The notes beneath the pieces are model-generated. The model was not told the DNA's origin, did no database searches, and saw only the letters and a program-made list of their open reading frames with translations. Below, one piece after another: positions 60,807 through 64,000 of a stretch of DNA of 64,000 nucleotides (positions are counted from its first letter, which is position 1; every line of letters begins with the position of its first letter). A program made the position numbers and the translations under genes. The stretch is from the NCBI GenBank assembly GCA_035221665.1, contig CM069140.1, forward strand, positions 53,940,001 through 54,004,000, in the 5' to 3' direction. The stretch comes from Okamejei kenojei (lineage: Eukaryota).

Positions 60807-61022
60807 CTCTTATTTGTTGTTTGGTTGCCCACAGCATTAATGAATGGATGTGACAGAGCTCTGATCTGATCGATTCATGGAAAGGGTCACATAGCTCTTT
60901 ATAAAGTTTGTTTGTGTTGTACCTTGACCTGAAATCTCTTGTACTTGCACTGAAAAAGAGCTGAAGGGTTCTCCATAAGCTTTACCACCGTATCCCATCT
61001 TTTGAAGGTTGGAGAGGAGACT

Positions 61023-61440
61023 TAGAAACATAGAAACATAAAAAATAGGTGCAGGAGTAGGCCATTCGGCCCTTCGAGCCTGCACCGCCATTCAATATGA
61101 TCATGGCTGATCATCCAACTCAGTATCCCGTACCTGCCTTCTCTCCACACCCCCTGATCCCTTTAGCCACAAGAGCCACATCCAACTCCCTCTTGAATAT
61201 AGCCAATGAACTGACCTCAACGACCTTCTGTGGCAGAGAATTCCAGAGACTCACCACTCTCTGTGTAAAGAATGTTTTCCTCATCTCGGTCCTACAGGAA
61301 TTCCCCCTTATCCTTAGACTGTGACCCCTTGTTCTGGACTCCCCCAACATCGGGAACAATCTTCCTGCATCTAGCTTGTCCAACCCCTTAAGAATTTTGT
61401 AAGTTTCTATAAGATCCCCCCTCAATCTTCTAAATTCCAG
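61023..61440 (-). mobile_element. Young CR1/HER1-like 3' fragment, inserted in an older plus-strand CR1 (about 60960-61022 and 61441-61800)
   Basis: ORF 61120..61425; the host continues IEVYKIIRDIDSENLFP after 61441. Confidence 0.92.
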
Positions 61441-63082
61441 TGATAGAGGTATATAAAATTATTAGAGACATAGACAGTGAGAACCTTTTTCCTAGGATGG
61501 AAATGTCCAACACTAGAAGGCATGGCCATAAGGTGAGAGGAAATTTTAATGGAGATGTGTGGGGGATGCTTTTTACACAGCGTAGTGGGGGCCTGGAATG
61601 TATTGCCAGGAGTGGAGGTGGAGGCAGATATGAAAGTGGTGTTTAAGAGGATTTTTGATAGGGACATGGAAGTGCAGGGAATAGTAGGGTGTGGATAGTG
61701 TACCGACAGATGAGATGAGTTTAATCTGACATCCTGTTCGGCAGAAACGTTGTGGGCCGAAGTGCCCATTCCTGTGCTGTACTGTGCTATGTTCTATGAT
61801 AATGAATACATATGTATTGAGGCAAACTTCGGAAAAAGAGATTCCCAAGGTGTGATACAATTTATTTTTAGTATAATGCTTTAAGTTATTGGAAAGCGAA
61901 ACAAAAAAAAAACAAAAACAATACCTTTGAATAGTTATGGCTGCTGTGAAAGGATACATAAGATCCGTGTCAGTCTGTGGGAAGTTTAGATTTACAACAG
62001 ACATAACTAACAGGGGACAATGGTTTCCGAGGCTTTAACGGCTGAAGTTCAGAGGAAATAGTGGTGTACTTCTGAAGTATTTTGAAGATGTGTTGCATAA
62101 CCAACTTCCATTTTAGTTTCTGTGCTCCAACTGTAAAAATAAACTTTGGCAGGAGACGGGAGCTTTAAACAGGTCTATTGGACGGAATCACAAAGAATGG
62201 AGTTTCTGTGTCACCTTACAACGTTTAAAGCATCCACACCCTTGCCTTGACTGATAGCAAACTTGGTTGCTGGGATTATTCAGAAGCTTGTTCAGTAATA
62301 ATGCTCATATAGTTATTGCTGTGAACTGGTTCTTTGCATGGCTGAAATAATATGGGTCAGTGAATGAGTGACTGACATTTTCTAATTTAATCCAGTCCAA
62401 TTCTATACCACACACCAACTTTCCCTGGCTGCTTGTTTACATCGTCAAGCATTACCTGTAACAAGACTTCATCATACTTAAACTGCTACAACCACCTTGT
62501 TTATTATTTGAGGAACGTCAACTGAATCCTACAAATGTGTGTAATTATTTTCTGATTTTAGATCTACATATCATTTGCCCTATTTTTCATTTTTACAGTA
62601 TATGGTTTTGTAAAGACCATTGTTTTGTATATGTTAGGTTTATAGAAAGGATCAATCAGTTTCTAAAACAAAATGTTGAACATAGAGCCATTGAGTCATA
62701 CGGCAGAGAAACTTTGAAAATAATAAGACTACACACATGTAACATTAGTCACAAGGCCAGAGAGGTTGTTTGGCTATAATTATTAATATTTCATATTTTG
62801 TCACAAAATCTCTATAGTCGTGAACGCACCAGCCTCAGCTTTTACAACCATTCTTTATGTAGGGCCCATGGGCTAATACCCCAAATTCACAACAGTGCTC
62901 GAGTGTCTGTATTGAATTTACTTTAAGTTTTGTGGAAGATCCTGGGGAGGAAAGGGAAATCTCTAAAGTCTAATTTTTTGCAATTAGCTATGCTTGTGCA
63001 CAATGTGGAAGTTACTGGCTAATTAGTTCTATTAGTTACTGGCTAATTAGTTCTATTAAACTCTAGAATAGCCTGCTCTCTC

Positions 63083-64000
63083 GTGGAGGAACCAACGAGA
63101 GAGCAGGCTATTCTAGACTGGATATTGTGTAATGAGGAAGGGTTAGTTAGCAGCCTTGTTGTACGTGGCCCCTTGGGCAAGAGTGACCATAATATGGTTG
63201 AGTTCTTCATTAGGATGGAGAGCGACATTGTTAATTCAGAAACACGGGTCCTGAACTTAAAGAAAGGTAACTTTGAGGGTATGAAACGTGAATTGGCCAA
63301 GATCGACTGGCAATTGATTCTTGAAGGGTTGACGGTGGATATGCAATGGAAGGCATTTAAAGACTGCATGGATGAACTAGAACAATTGTTCATCCCAGTA
63401 TGGCAAAAGAATAAATCAGGGAAGGTGGCGCATCCGTGGGTAACGAGGGAAATCAGGGATAGTATCAAAGAAAAAGATGAAGCGTACAAATTAGTCAGAA
63501 AAAGCAGCCTACCAGAGGACTGGGAGAAATTCAGAGACCAACAGAGGAAGACAAAGGGCTTAATTAGGAAAGGGAAAATGGAGTATGAAAGAAAACTGGC
63601 AGGAAACATAAAAAATGACTGCAAAAGTTTTTATCGATATGTGAAGCGCAAAAGATTAGTTAAAACAAATGTAGGTCCCTTGCAGTCAGAAACGGGTGAA
63701 TTGATCATGGGGAACAAGGACATGGCAGACCAATTGAATAACTACTTTGGTTCTGTCTTCACTAAGGAAGACATAAATAATTTGCCGGAAATAGCAGGGG
63801 ATCGCGGGTCAAATGAGATGGAGGAAATGAGTGAAATCCAGGTTAGCCGGAAAGTGGTGTTGGGTAAATTGAATGGATAAATAAATCCCAGGGCCACATA
63901 GGCTGCATCCCAGGGTACTTAAGGAAGTAGCCCCAGAAATAGCAGATGCCTTAGTGATAATTTTTCAAAACTCTTTAGATTCTGGAGTAGTTCCTGAGGA
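63083..64000 (+). mobile_element. Young 5'-truncated CR1 LINE (end of APE domain to start of RT); runs off the window
   Basis: EEPTREQAILDWIL...PLGKSDHNMV (APE SDH motif), PWVTREI, LNNYFGSVFT; frame broken near 63880. Confidence 0.93.

Noticed and set aside
1-64000. CRISPR array, operon or prokaryotic defence system
   Set aside because: No regularly spaced repeat-spacer array or gene-dense operon; the content is vertebrate repeats

Overview
This is AT-rich, repeat-dense vertebrate genomic DNA, not prokaryotic. The repeat content (HE1-type V-SINEs with HER1/CR1-type LINE partners, DeuSINE remnants, Penelope-like elements) points to a cartilaginous fish, probably a skate or ray; that assignment is inference. 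No host protein-coding gene can be named. Every ORF I could assign is a transposable-element fragment: CR1 LINEs from at least two young subfamilies (one with an uninterrupted 518-aa RT frame), an L1-clade 3' end, L2/RTE fossils, a Tc1 remnant, a decayed two-gene PIF/Harbinger transposon, a MITE and GIY-YIG Penelope-like retroelements. The most notable pattern is about 20 dispersed short copies of a Penelope-derived unit, most carrying all or part of a minimal hammerhead-ribozyme motif (CTGAAGA-A-GGGTCTCGACCC-GAAACGTC). Several have their own target-site duplications, many start right at the ribozyme's 5' edge, and some sit in inverted pairs. There are also two candidate minus-strand exons (13769-13858 and 615-840), an old palindromic element, and several repeat-free blocks that look like enhancers. 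All family names come from recognising motifs by eye; no database search was run.
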